Assembly: GCF_026571515.1 (NCBI RefSeq)
Contig: NW_026865297.1
Span: 124,001 to 188,000 of the forward strand
Origin: Ruditapes philippinarum
Lineage: Eukaryota
DNA: 64,000 nt
Reading direction: 5' to 3'
Shown in pieces: positions 1 through 12,990 of the stretch. Each line of letters begins with the position of its first letter. The stretch's first letter is position 1. The translations under genes and the position numbers were made by a program. The notes below the pieces were generated by a model. That model saw only the letters and a list, made by a program, of their open reading frames with translations, made no database searches and was not told the DNA's origin.

Positions 1-454
1 TATCGGATCATGTATCTCACATTTACCAACAAAATCCATGGATAATTCTTTAGTGGTTTGTCTCTTGTATAATGCTTAATACTATCGACATAATTAAATT
101 TTTATTTTTAGACTTTTTATTATGGATCGATTCACTTTAAAGGCATTACTTTTAAACGTTTAAAACAAAAGAGGTTCAAATATATTATTTTGGCTAGTTT
201 TAATTCCTGTTACTTTTATACAATACAACGTAATATATGTGGTCTTATAGTAACTATATTTGTCCAGGGTCTATTTGAAAGACTCTGATTTGTCGATTAA
301 AGTGAATTGGTCTATAGTAGAAGGTCTGTAGTACAATAATTAATATGTTGATATAATTTAATATCAGACATAATAACAAACCACGAAAGAATTATATATG
401 AATGCTTTTGGCAGGTATGAGATACATTATCCGATATTACCTATATCCATATAG
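1..454. mobile_element. Foldback/MITE-like element, left end outside the window
   Basis: Positions 1-~105 (tatcggatcatgtatctcac...ataattctttagtggtttgt) are an imperfect reverse complement of ~335-436 (acaaaccacgaaagaattat...tgagatacattatccgata). The right arm probably continues to ~454, and its partner would lie left of the window. Confidence 0.6.
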
Positions 455-2296
455 CAAATAAAAATTTGTTCTACAACAGAATATTATTATTCATCATATT
501 TATGTGTACATACTTAATCATTTAAAACTTTATTAACAATTTTCTTTCAAGCAATTAAAGTTAACTATTTTTTTAAGTTTAGCTGACATAAATACGTTGA
601 AACGTACGAATCACTTTATTTTTCATTTTTTACTTTACTTTTTTCTGTGTTCAATTTTCTTTAATGAATGGTTACATTGTTGCTTTTTATTCATTCTCAC
701 ACATTTCAATGCATTTGTTGCTTTACTTGCTTTAAGATTTACCCTATTGCTTTTCTTTTATTGATTGTATTTACTAATACTGTTTTAACTCTTGATTCTT
801 TTTCGAATTTCATAATAGAAATAAAATAAACAACAGCAACAAAAACAACGTCACATAAAAATAATTGATTCAATATCTAGACCTAAATTTGAATTAGCAT
901 TTTCAATGAAATCATTTATTCCCACGCAAAAGCTTTCAATCTTCATTGAGATATTTTTTCGTTCAATATTATGATTGTTTCTGAGAATTCTATGAACTGG
1001 GTGACCTCACTTTCTAAAAACAGGAGTGAATTATGAAAGTTTCTCCACTCTTATGGATAAAATCTCTTCAGCATTTCAGTTTTCATTTGAGGAGTTCCAG
1101 ACGGATATATTAAATGTTAATGCTTATTTGAAGAAGTACATACGACACACGTTTTGTTTTGCTGTGTATAATATGGCATTTGTCTTGCAATGCTGTTTAA
1201 ACAAGTTGCAGTCTCCAGCAATTCATTAATACACATTTTTTCATCTTGCGACTTGCTTTAATATTTTAGTAATACAAAACCCAAATCAGAATTTATTATT
1301 AAAAATGGTTTTGAAACTAATTCATATCAAATCTATTCATGTGCTCCTGTCATATTGTAGTTAAAACTCTGTTTTCGATCGAAAACAGTTAGAATCAAAA
1401 TAAGATAGAGTGAAATGTATAGTTGCTTTACCATTCTTAAAATTCAATTTTAATGATTCTACCATGCTTTATTGTAATGAAAAAAAAAATACATCATCTT
1501 CTAGCAATTTTACTTATTTACAAATATATCATCACAAGTTAAATATCAATATGCTAAAGTACTGTTAAAGTTTTAGTTAGCCTCTCCTCTCTTTGTGTCA
1601 TAAATTTTCTCTGAATTTTAAACAGCCTATTCTTTAAATGTCTAAGTATATAATGTTGTCAAAGGCTAATCCCTTTCCCCTTCCAGCAGATTTAATGGTT
1701 TACACCATTTAAACGTTAAGAATAATATTCAAATTATAAATTGTAAACTTGCTTTTTTTTTTATTAAAGTGAACCTCATATAAAAATATTTTTTGTTTAA
1801 ATTTGTTTTCAGCTCAGTTATACCATTCGTGTCAGAGGTGATTTACATGGTTTTCCGAATAATCCCTTTATACTTTATATTTTCATGTGATGACAGCGCG
1901 TATAACGTTTTGCTTGTTTTGCAAGATTCTATGTTAATAAAGAATCCAATACATTTATATCGGAGACGTTACAGACCTTAATATTTGTCTGTTTATACCC
2001 CTAATGTAAACAAAAAACGGCGACTCTTGGGTCTGTATTGAAATGTACCTAATCAGTGCATATGATGATGAGCATTTTTCTAAACTATGACGTATGTCTT
2101 GTCTTTGTCATTATTCACACTTTATTCTATTGTATAAACTTGTTACAAATGTTACTGAATTTATAAGTGTTACATTTGTGTTGCTTAGTCTTACACTTGT
2201 AACAAATGGCATATGTTTTATTAAATTGCGCCCATTTCATGCCCTACGATGAAAAATGTAAATGAAATGACTGTCCTGATTTAGCATTAGCATTAA

Positions 2297-2634
2297 AGGC
2301 ACTGAGATTGTTTGACATGACGGGACTGCGAATTATTTTCCGAGATTAATGTTCCATTTGATGTAGGTTTGAATCAATAACTTGTGTGCAAAATTTCAGA
2401 TCATTCGCTCATTCTGTTTATCCAGAATAATTATTCTTATTATGAATATTGACTCAAAATTGAAAACGTTCCAACGCTTTTCACTCAAATTTGGCTAAGA
2501 AATACCAATTTCAACTTATTACTGATTATTTTTCTTAATTGTCTTTTGCAATTCGTTCTTTTATAACTACCCACGATGATCTTTGTATAAAATTAAAATT
2601 TAATATTAGGCAATTTGACCTCAGTGGAGTTCCT
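2297..2634. mobile_element. Possible TTAA-flanked non-autonomous DNA transposon (Kolobok/piggyBac-type target site)
   Basis: ttaa|aggcactgag ... ctcagtggagttcct|ttaa: TTAA on both sides, AGG...CCT termini and a short imperfect TIR (cactgag/ctcagtg). No empty site is available for confirmation. Confidence 0.4.
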
Positions 2635-4879
2635 TTAAATTAAACACACTTAAGCCTTTTACATGAAACTAGATCGCGAACTTGCTCACATCAATACAAG
2701 CGTATTAAAGAGTTGACATTTAAGTCTCGATGTAATTGTAAACCTATACAACAATATATTATGTATGATTCTACAGTTTGTAATACCTGTCATCTCAAGT
2801 AAGTTGAAATCACAATGACTGTTTTTATCTAATGTTTATGCGCTATCATCTTTTACCCTGTAAAATGGTTTAACGTCATAGATTTTCACATATCATTCTT
2901 ACGGATCTGATAATCAATGTCGACCTTTACATTCACATTTATTACATAATTTGTGTCCAAACGATCGTGACCAAAAAGTTTGTGTAAGCTGTTACTTTTA
3001 CAATACATGAATATAAAATAGATAATATCTAAAGAATCGGTTTATTTTATTTTGCACACTTTATTCTCTAGCTTTAACTTTATAGCGAACACTGATTAGC
3101 CAAAAAGGCGAAACATATGTGTAAATTATCTTCATATATTAAATGTTTCTTGCCAGATTTGTGGAGGCATGTCACAGAAGCATAAAATTTCATTCAGTCG
3201 TTTAATAAGTGTTTCACGAATAACGTGGTAATATCAGAAGATGCTGTGTCACAGTCGGAGATAAAATGGTAGTAATTCTGCGTTTTACAATATAATGTAA
3301 GTTATATTGAAAACACATGGTTATTGCCTCACAACAGAGTGAACATTTCCAAACATTTTGACAAAACGTCGTGGAGATAATCTAGTTAAACAGTAAACTG
3401 CTTTACTGGGAAAGTCAAACGCGGCAAAATTGGAAATGTTACCAGCTTGGTTTGATTGAGCCTGTTTAACATTATTGAAATTATCAAATATAATTTTCAC
3501 GAATAAGTCAGTAATCCACTGAAAAGTACAAAATAAATATTATATAATGAAAAACTTAGAAAAAATATTTTTTACATGAGTAAAATTGAAACCGACTAAT
3601 ATTTATCTAAAAATTAATATCTAATTTCTATTTTTTCTTTTACTTAATTTACTTTAATTTTACTTTTGGGAAAATTTAATTCTGATTATGGTTAAATTCA
3701 AAATCTGTCAAATAAATTTAAGACAACATATGATTGACATTTCATCATAAATCAAACTAAAATGAGAATTTGCTCAAGTTGTTTCTCGTACTATTCATCG
3801 TAATTTTAAAAGGAGTCATATTCCATATTTATTCAATTTACCAAAATCCTTTATTATAAAAAGTACCGGTATAATTATGAATAAATAACCGTCTCTCGTT
3901 ACATGTCAACCCATTAATTAAATATCAATATGACGTTAATTTATTGCAACTATGAACTATTCTTTAATCTCCTTTCTATTATGTCTATTATGATTAAATA
4001 GCAATCACAACATATTTTATTTCACCATATGTACAACCTGTGTTTTTCAATCATTTTGAAAACATTGATAAATATAAAGCATGTTATAATAATAGTCGAC
4101 CTAACTTTTCCATTTTTTCTCAAACCATTGATGACTAAATTAGTGTAAATTGAAGTCTTTGTAATCTGCTGACTTAATCATGTTAACGACGACAGTTAAA
4201 CTAATTAATAAATTGTAAAAATTGTTCTTTAATTATTGTCTGCTATTTCAGTGTGATTACTTCAATAATTAAAATATCTTCTTAGAAAAGAATCAATAAA
4301 AATATCATTTGACGCAATTACTAAAATAATATATTTGTATATGCAAATGATGTAAATGTCATTAATCTGAATTAGATCACAATAAGAAAATGTAAACAAG
4401 ACAAATATTCAAATATGTGCAACAAATACGATATTTAGGTAAATTAAAAATAAAATACGAAACCCTAATGACTTAGCAGTTCTCATGCATTTCAGCATGC
4501 TATAATCGGTCAGTTGTGTCTATTTATTTACTTATTTATTTAAGTCTCATTTAATCTTAATACAAAAATTGAACCTTTGAATTTACCTTTATGTACTTAA
4601 TGGAAAGAGAACAAGTGTCAAGATTAAATTGAAAATGTAAAGAAAAGACATATTCAATGGTTAAATAGGGGATATCCAATGGGTACCGGTTCAATACTGA
4701 ATTTATAGAACGATTTGTAAAGATTTATATTAGAATGTAATATGCAAGCATCTGGTAATGACCCTACAGAAGGAAATATTCTATTTAACACATATCAAAA
4801 GTAAAGACCTGTTTTTACAGTAAAAAGAATCTTTATCTTTTACTGATGCGTCTGTCATTAACGTTTTATCGTTTTCATT

Positions 4880-4982
4880 AAATTGCCTATTTACACCCCT
4901 CAGCAGTGTGTTCATCAAATTGCCTATTTACACCCCTGCAGTGTGTTCATCAAATTGCCTATTTACACTCCTGCAGAGTGTT
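4880..4982 (+). repeat. Minisatellite, 3 copies of ~35-37 bp (aaattgcctatttacacccct..gcagtgtgttcatc)
   Basis: Copies start at 4880, 4917 and 4952. Paralogous sites (~20809, ~28807) have a single copy, so this is a local expansion in unit 1. Confidence 0.9.
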
Positions 4983-6016
4983 TTTGTGTCGAGTTTATTT
5001 TCAGTCGTCAACAGGAATATATCAATAAAAGCCTTACAGTGATACAATCCCACAGACATTGTCTGAACTTTTGCAATCTACTTCATTTGATAAGTGCTTT
5101 AAATGGAAAATGTTTGTCTTAGAATAGTCTTGAGAACAAACATAAAGTTATATTCAGACATTTTGACCAGTGCATGTTTATGTCAAGAAGTTGAACATTT
5201 TTCCATTAAGCGTTAACTATGTCTGCCAATTAAAGCTATATCATTTTTGTGAAAATATAATCGACAATGATGCAATTTTGCAAATACATAAAAGCATTCT
5301 TTTTTCAGCTACATTTTCTTTCTTTTTTTGCAAAATATAACACTATATAAATAATGGCAACGAATCTGATACAAATTAATTATAGGCATATTCAGCTTCT
5401 GGGATTGTTGTTGTTATTCATTCATAAAACATTATACGTGACAAACTGCATTCAAGTCAGAAAAATAGAAAAAAGTAATTGTTTGCTTTCTTAATTTCTA
5501 TGTCAATTAAGTAATCATATATTTTGTGCATGTGCGAAAATACAGTTTTAATCAATTACTTGTTTTATTGACTGCCTTGTTAGGTGTTAGGATTTCTTTT
5601 ATCATTGATTGTATTAGTTGATTTTGTTCCAAACTATCTGTGATTTAGAAGTAAAAACATTAAAGTTCCCCCTGCTGCATTTATTTGATAACGTTGATTC
5701 TCATTATTCAATGAACTGAATGAACTGATGAAATATTGTAAACAACTATGACTATATTGATATGGAAATTTGGAAAATAATTTCAATTTAACACATCAAT
5801 AATCATGAAATACTAGTATCAGGAACACTGAACAGTATCTACTAATCGTACCAGAAAAGGTTTTTTTTGTGCAGTTCCGTATGCACATGCGTTTCATTGT
5901 TCGCGAGCGTTAATGGTTGTCTCGTTATTTTGGACAAAACTATTAGAATGTCATTTATAACTTAGTGAATTATTATGTTGAACTTACTATTCGCAAGAAA
6001 CTTTATGAATTTTTAA

Positions 6017-6606
6017 GGGCCCAGTTACACAGACGGTCGGTCCCCAATCGGTCATTTAATTTTAAATTTACTCGCTGTTATGATCGGTTGTCATGCGTGA
6101 TTTTATTTCTGGTTTTCTGTGTAAACAGCCATCGGTGACAGAAAGCAAACTCAAAAGGGAATGGGTCAATGATTAAATGCTGTAATACTTTTGGTTTTTA
6201 TCGTTTGTAAATCGGAGCTAAATCGGGCATAACGCTGATTAATCGGTGTTTGATAGCTAGTCATCAGTGGTTAAACACTTTCCGTCAGATATGGCTGGTG
6301 ATTCATATTTGGTTATCTTTGTCCGATCGGCGATATCGGTGATTAAGAGCTTGCATATCTCGTGATATAGGTTGCCGTCGGTAATTTTTAAAATATTTTC
6401 ACCGATCGAGAATTTTAAACGTGTTTAAAAATCCCAATCGGTAATTTTTCACCGATGAAACTTATCTTTCCCCAATAGCAGATGATAGGTGGAAAACAGG
6501 TGACCAATAGGTGATATCGGTGTTAAATACGTTGTCATCGGTTAACTCCATAATTTGGCTAAAAAAACTACCGAGCAATCACCGATGGCTCTGTGTAACT
6601 GGGGTG
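6017..6606. mobile_element. PIF/Harbinger-like MITE (590 bp)
   Basis: TIR cccagttacacaga / tctgtgtaactggg, with TAA on both sides (6014-6016, 6607-6609). The paralogous site at ~29835-29850 (ctttttaaatgcagtgtaattggg) is empty. A TAA/TTA TSD is typical of PIF/Harbinger. Confidence 0.85.
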
Positions 6607-6609
6607 TAA

Positions 6610-7445
6610 AAGCAGTGTAATTGGGAGGCAGCGCGATGCACAGATCTCAAATATCCTAGGACAAAATTGTTTCCGATACTCCTTTAGATTATTTTGATAA
6701 GGTGGACGTGTATACGTTTCAGAAAGATACTTAATATTATACTATTTATTCTTATTTTAGAATGATCAATGAGATTCCCTGATGTCAGTCTGCAATTTTT
6801 AAATGACCAATGCAAATTCTACTTGTATTTTATTCTTATCTGTGAATTGTACAAGAAGTCTATCGTTTTCAGATGGACTTCGTCCGAAAATGATGATGAA
6901 CAGATTCAGTAATTTACACAAAAGTAGTCTAAGCTAAAACCATGTATGTATGATATAAACATATTATGCGCAGGAACAGAAATGAATATTTCCGTAAGAA
7001 CAACACTTCGCCAAAACATTCTGATTCAAAAACATAAAAACGAACTATTATATCTTTTTTTTTATCTGAACATATTTGAGAATGAATGCGAAACATATTA
7101 CTCGTATACGCTTATAGTATATATTGAATTCAAATTAATGGAAACGATCCCGATTTAAATTTCATTTCAATGGTTGAATGTCATAAATTCTCACATTATT
7201 ACTCATAATAATGTCTGACAGAACTATTTTATCACGATACATCATAACAATATTGTTATCATTTTTGATTTCTACTGGGCACATTATTATAATGGATTTT
7301 TTTTGTTCAAACCTTAATCACAAATTATTCCAAATGGCGACGTCTTCTTGCGTCATTCATAAAAACGAACTATCAATGTCTATCCCTATTACAAAATCAT
7401 ATCCAATGAGGTTTACTTAAAGACTTTAAAGGATTTTCTGTTGAA
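6610..7445 (-). pseudogene. Decayed reading frame, type A, unknown family (copies ~22620-23170 and ~29845-30680)
   Basis: The minus strand reads NLIGYDFVIGIDIDSSFL*MTQEDVAIWNNL*LRFEQKKSIIIMCPVEIKNDNNIVMMYRDKIVLSDIIMSNNVRIYDIQPLK. The core is colinear with type B and shows several synonymous changes. There are many stops and frameshifts. Confidence 0.35.
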
Positions 7446-7559
7446 AATTATACACGGATGCTTCAATTTAAGTTTATACGTTTACGGACGGACAGCATGA
7501 GTGCAAGACAGCGGGATGGTCGGAAAAATCTATAAGCCCCATCCTCCCGAAGTAGTGAG

Positions 7560-10500
7560 TCATTGAAATAAAAGATCCTTGAAATGATCATTCTCCAGTT
7601 TTGTACTTGTTTACATTTGTAAAATCAATTGCTGACAACCATAAATCAGTGTTTTTGTATCATGAATTATGCTTCATAATGTGATTATCTAAAAGCACTG
7701 TAAATATGAATATAAAAACCTCTTTGACACTTGCAAAATATGTAAAATATGGAACATGAAAATGATAACAGTATAATTTGATTTTAAAATTGATTGGAAT
7801 GGAGTTTTCGATAGTTGTTGATAAATATATATATGTACACATTTTAAATGAGTATTATGTGTCTCTCAACTAAAACATTCATGACAAAAGAAAAACGAAT
7901 GTTCAATAAGCTTAAAATCAGAAAGGTTAAAATATAATTTGTTTTTCTTTGTTTTAGACCCTTTCGTCCCTTCATTTATACGTGAATACTAACTAGTATG
8001 CCGCATAAATTTGTTTACTTTATTCTTCTACTGTTCTAATTACTTTCTACTCCACAGTAGGGATATTTTATACTGTATTCGGAAAGAATCATTCATCACG
8101 GTTTGGGAAATACATAATTTGTTAAATGCGTCGCTGACAGACTGAAATCAATAAATATTTATCACCATAATTATGTTTATAACTAGATTCCCGAAGTCAT
8201 GTCTCGGGAACATAAGATTTCATTCAATCGATAATGTAGTGTTCCATGAATGGCGTAGTAATTTCTGAAGATGCTATATTGAGTCTCAGTCCGAGATAAA
8301 AATGGTGATAATTTTCCTTCGTCTCATGATATCTTTGAGTTTTATACATATCAGACTTGTGTTTCCGTTAGTTTTACCCATGCCTGAAATTTCTTCTGGC
8401 ATGGGGGCTACCAGATGAGTCACATGCTATGCAATGACATGCTTAGAAGCTTAGGATGACGTAATTTCGCCTTTATGAATGAAGAAATTTCATACGCTGT
8501 TGTAAGAAGATATAAACGGGTGTTAGGAAGTAAATTTCCAACAAAAATTGTTTTATAAAGGTAAATAATTTAAATAATGATGAAATATGTTAGAATATGC
8601 AGGGCAAAATATCTGACATATGTTTGCGGTTCTGATCCGAATATTCGTCCCTCGTGAAATGTAAAATGTCGTGTATTCAATTGCTGATTCTGACATAAAT
8701 CGGACACCTTAACGTAAGTATAGCAAAGCATCTACGGGTGAAGGCATAATATGGCAGGCAAGAATGTCACATGTCAATTTTTATAAACGTAAATGAAACA
8801 CAACTTAGTAAAATATAACGAAAGCAGTATCACTAGGGCGAAGTGTCACAATAGTACAATGTGATAAAGCAAATAACGCAAATTTGTTTTGATGTTAAAG
8901 ATAAATTTACAAAACGAATATGCTCATGGTGTTGCTGTCTAAATTCACACCCCACTTACTTTTTTATATTCTATAGATTCCGAAACCAAACAGTTATTTA
9001 AGAACTTACAGGCAAATTTTGAGTTTTAAAAGGTAGCAATGACTTAAACTTTGAAATATTAGGGCATATAAGACACTGCAAAACATACTTGTAGTCACCA
9101 GAAACTAAAGGCTACTTAAAGTCAACATTAGTCATTTAAAGCGTTCTGTAGTAGATTTGTTTTCAATTATTACACAGATTTTCGCAAAATATTTGCATCA
9201 GACATTATCAATCTGTAAACTTTCTATAAAAATGTACTGTATTTTTCGAAAAGATTGCAAATAATCGTCAATATTCAATGTCACTGCTACTGTTTGAAGC
9301 TCAAAATCTGCTTAAAATCACTTTAATAACATTAGGAAAAGCTAAATACTATGTATTTGTGACTGGGATAAGGAATGTTAGCATATTCATTTTGTCTTTT
9401 AAAAAGAAAATCATTGCCAAATTGTTAATCGCATGAAGACAATTATGTAAAAATCCATTTTTTACACCAGCAATTGTTTGCCTTGTTCAAAGCACACCAG
9501 AAATCAGCCTCTCCTTTAAAACCCATAAATGATGTTATATTGATACATTTTCAACCACACGTGGTGTTAATACTCATCTGTGCAACGGCTATCAATAATC
9601 TATTTCTATTAATATTCAAGTTACAAAAGGACATAACACCAGCATATAGTTTTCAGATTAATGCCCAATAGTCTACCAACTGTGCCTGTTCATGATGAAC
9701 TAGTGCATATAATTATTTTCCAGACTTGCTCTCGTTTATCATCAATATATCATTTGAATTCATGTTTTTTTCATTTTCAGATAGACGATTACGTATATTA
9801 TTATGCATTTGCTGTCTTAGACCTCCATCGCAAATTGTCCCATATGGCAACATTTGCTTGCGTCATTTATAAAGAAGTATGATAAATGCTTGTCTCCTAT
9901 TACGCAATCATATTTAATGAGGTTTTCTTTCAGGAAATTTTATCAATAAAAAAGCATAGATTTTGTAAAATATTTCAGACTTGATTAGATAAACAGTTTG
10001 TTTATTCAATATGAATGCTTACATTTACAGGGTTTCAGTTAATTTCTCTTGAACGATAGTTTGATTATTATTCTCAATAGAAAATGTTTGCAATTTTGGG
10101 CATGTAGACATATAAGTTTGCAGATGTAATTTCGATATTGAAATATAAATGTTTTTTGAAAAGAGATAGAAGTATTATTAGAATCACAACTTGTTATGAT
10201 ATGATATAACACGACAGTATTGGAAAGAGTAGCAATTTCTTTAAACGGTCAAAACGGAATACAAATATTCGATGTACATATAATACTGTTTTGACACAAT
10301 ATAACACGTCCCCACGATAGTACTGGTATGAGTTACATTTTTTTTAAAAAGTCAAAACGAAATACAAATGTACGATGAATATATAATACGGTAACCAAAC
10401 TCAAGATAAATGGAGAGAGTGTTGTCTTGTTTTAACTTCAAATGACAAATGACCGTTTTAAGCGACAATATGAAACAGGGTTCCTTATGGAACGCCGTGA

Positions 10501-12990
10501 CTGTCTTATGTAATCATTTTTGTTGTTATCTTGTGAAACTATGATATTATTTTGTCGTTTGAGCGTGTTAACATGTGCAATATACATCATGTCTTGTCAA
10601 AGGAACATGCTGACTTGTACAAACAGCATGTTAACTTGTCAAATTATTATGATGACATGTGCAGACAACCTGCTAACTTGTCAAATTATCGTGATGACTT
10701 GTGCAAACAACATTTTAACTTGTCAAAGAATAATGATGACTTGTGCAAATGACATGGTAACTTGTCAAAATGTAATGATGACTTGTGCAAACGACATGTT
10801 AACTTGTCGAATTATTGTGATGACATGTGCAAACAGCATGTAAACTTGTCAAATTGTCATGATGACTTGTGCAAACGCCATGTTAACTTGTCAAAGTATA
10901 ATGATGACTTGTGCAAACGACATGTTAACTTGTCAAATTATCGTGATGACATGTGCAAACAGCATGTTAACTTGTCAAATTACCATGATGACTTGTGAAG
11001 ACAACATGTGAACTTGTCAAAGAATCGTGATGACTTGTGCAAATGACATGTTATCTTATATCATGCTGACATGTCAAAACGTACTGTTAACTTGTCAAAG
11101 TATTATGATAACTTGTGCAAATACCATGCTAACATGTCAAAATTCCATGATGACATGTGTACACAGCATGTTAACTTGTCGAATTATCGTTATGACATGT
11201 GCATACAGCATGTTAACTTGTCCAAGTATCATGATGACTTGTGCAAACGACATGTTAACTTGTCCAAGTATAATGATGACTTGTGCAAATGCCATGCTAA
11301 CTTGTCAAAATGTCATGATGACATGTGCAAACAGTATGTAAACTTGTCAAATCATCGTGATAACATGCTAACTTGTCCAAGTATCATGGTGACTTGTGAA
11401 AGCGACATGTTAACTTGTCAAAATTTCATGATGACAAGTGCAAACAGCATGTTAACTTGTCAAGGTATCGTGATGACTTGTGCAAATGCCATGTTAACTT
11501 GTCAAATTATCATGATGACTTGTGCAAACAATATGTTAATTTGTCAAAGAATCGTGATGACTTGTGCAAAACACATGTTAACTTGTCACGGTATTATGAG
11601 CATGTCATCACGATAATTCGACAAGTAATCATGCTGTTTGCACATGTCATCATGAAATTTTGACAAGTTAACATGTCGTTTGCACAAGTCATCATGATAT
11701 TTTGACAAGTTATCATGTTGTTTGCACAAGTCATCATGATACTTTGACAAGTTAACATGTTGTCTGCACATGTCATAATGATTATTTGACAAGTTAACAT
11801 GCTGTTTGAACAAGTCAGCATTGTCTTTAGACAAGATATGATGTAAATTGCACATGTTAATATGCTTAAATGACAAAATAAAATCATCATTTCAGAAGAT
11901 AGCAAAAATATTGATAGCATAAGACAGTCACGGCGTTCCATAGTTCCTCAACAAAAAAGACACAAAGTTCACCAAATATAGCTAAAATTATCTTCAAAAA
12001 TATTAATCAGTTTTTTTTTACGAAATATAAATATTTTGTTTCAATTTTCCATTTAATCTAATTATGTAATAAGTTCGGTGAGTACATCTTAGCAATCCCA
12101 GTAGAGTTTCTCTTCTATTCTCAATGCTATCATCGTGACTTCACCAACAACATTGATCATATGGAGTTTGAATTTTTCACCCTTTTCATTGCTCTTGAGG
12201 TATTTTCATTTTTGACACCAGTAGGTGTTCAGTGCTATATGTCAGCTGAAAAAATGCTGCCACGTCCTTCATCTTAGTGTTGTTATATTGTTCTGGTCCT
12301 TCGAGAATGTCTTCTATTATTTAGGATTGAATACCGCTTTTCAAAGACGCTTAAGCTGGTGCTATTTGCGTGAGAGATGTTGGTGCATTATATTTAAACC
12401 TAATCAAACCATATCAGAAATTTTCAGCGTTTAACTATTGTTTTCATTACCTTCAAGGAATCCATCTTTTAAAGATTTTAATCTTTTATATGAAGCAACC
12501 CTTTCTGATATGTGTACTTATTTCGGAAAGGTTTGTGTAATTTTTCTGCTGACTTTAAATTAAAATTGTCAATCCTTTTAATCAAGCTATTTTAAAACAT
12601 AACGCATGCTCAGTGTTCAAAGTCTTTACAGTTTAACACTTGGTTGATATGACGAATCAATTTAAAGTTGTCATGATCCTGTCGAATAAATTGTCTTAAT
12701 TTCCTTTTTCTGTCATGCTTCGCCTGTGGTTTGCTATTATGGCTTCATAAAAGGCATTGAGTAATTCTTATAAGGCCACTGAGTTTCATTTTTATATGAA
12801 TTTACATGCTCATTTATGTATTATTTGTTTCATATTTTATACCCGGAAAAACTGTTTGAATTATTCTTGGCCAGGATATTCTGTTTACGCTTCCTCGTTT
12901 TTCAGGAACATTTTGGGGTTAAGAGTGAGATTTGGTGCGCTTTTAACTGATTAAAACTTCTAAATAAATTCATGGTATGCACGTCCCAAA
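7560..12990 (-). pseudogene. Decayed long reading frame, type B/D, unknown family, interrupted by the 10486-11942 element
   Basis: Peptide segments reconstructable across copies: VKSAPNLT[LF]NPKM[FL]LK[ND]E; IIEDILEGPEQYNNTKMKDVAAFFQLTYSTEHLLVS; GEK[FC]KL[HG]MINVV[GD]EV; TGIGASFCSGIEFHAVLLRDVQTNVLMELHIIISNETLKQNIDFLK (ORF 34989-35189); MTQANVAIWDNL; SIFRNYYAIHGTLHYRLNEILC. Other copies lie at ~15770-19330, ~23215-25290 and ~30790-35420. Confidence 0.4.
10486..11942. mobile_element. Non-autonomous foldback DNA transposon (1457 bp) filled with a 21/42-bp satellite; 6-bp TSD
   Basis: Termini tatggaacgccgtgactgtcttatg / cataagacagtcacggcgttccata. GTTCCT is duplicated at 10480-10485 and 11943-11948. 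Paralogous sites at ~24853 and ~35047 (ggttcgtaaacgaaaaagacac) are empty. The internal repeat (catgttaacttgtcaaattatcatgatgacttgtgcaaacag-like) flips orientation at ~11600. Confidence 0.92.

Noticed and set aside
890-1260. ORF 1026-1229 and protein-like minus-strand fragments
   Set aside because: GTG start, no motif and no paralogue in the window to test codon conservation.
10560-11870. CRISPR-like regular repeats
   Set aside because: The repeats are contiguous with no unique spacers, there are no cas genes, and the context is eukaryotic. The same applies to 4880-4982.
10520-11941. Overlapping Cys/Met- and His/Asp-rich ORFs (MLTCQ.., HVNLS..DDLCK) resembling metal-binding repeat proteins
   Set aside because: They are translations of the 21/42-bp satellite (a multiple of 3), open in several frames on both strands, inside a TSD-flanked transposon.
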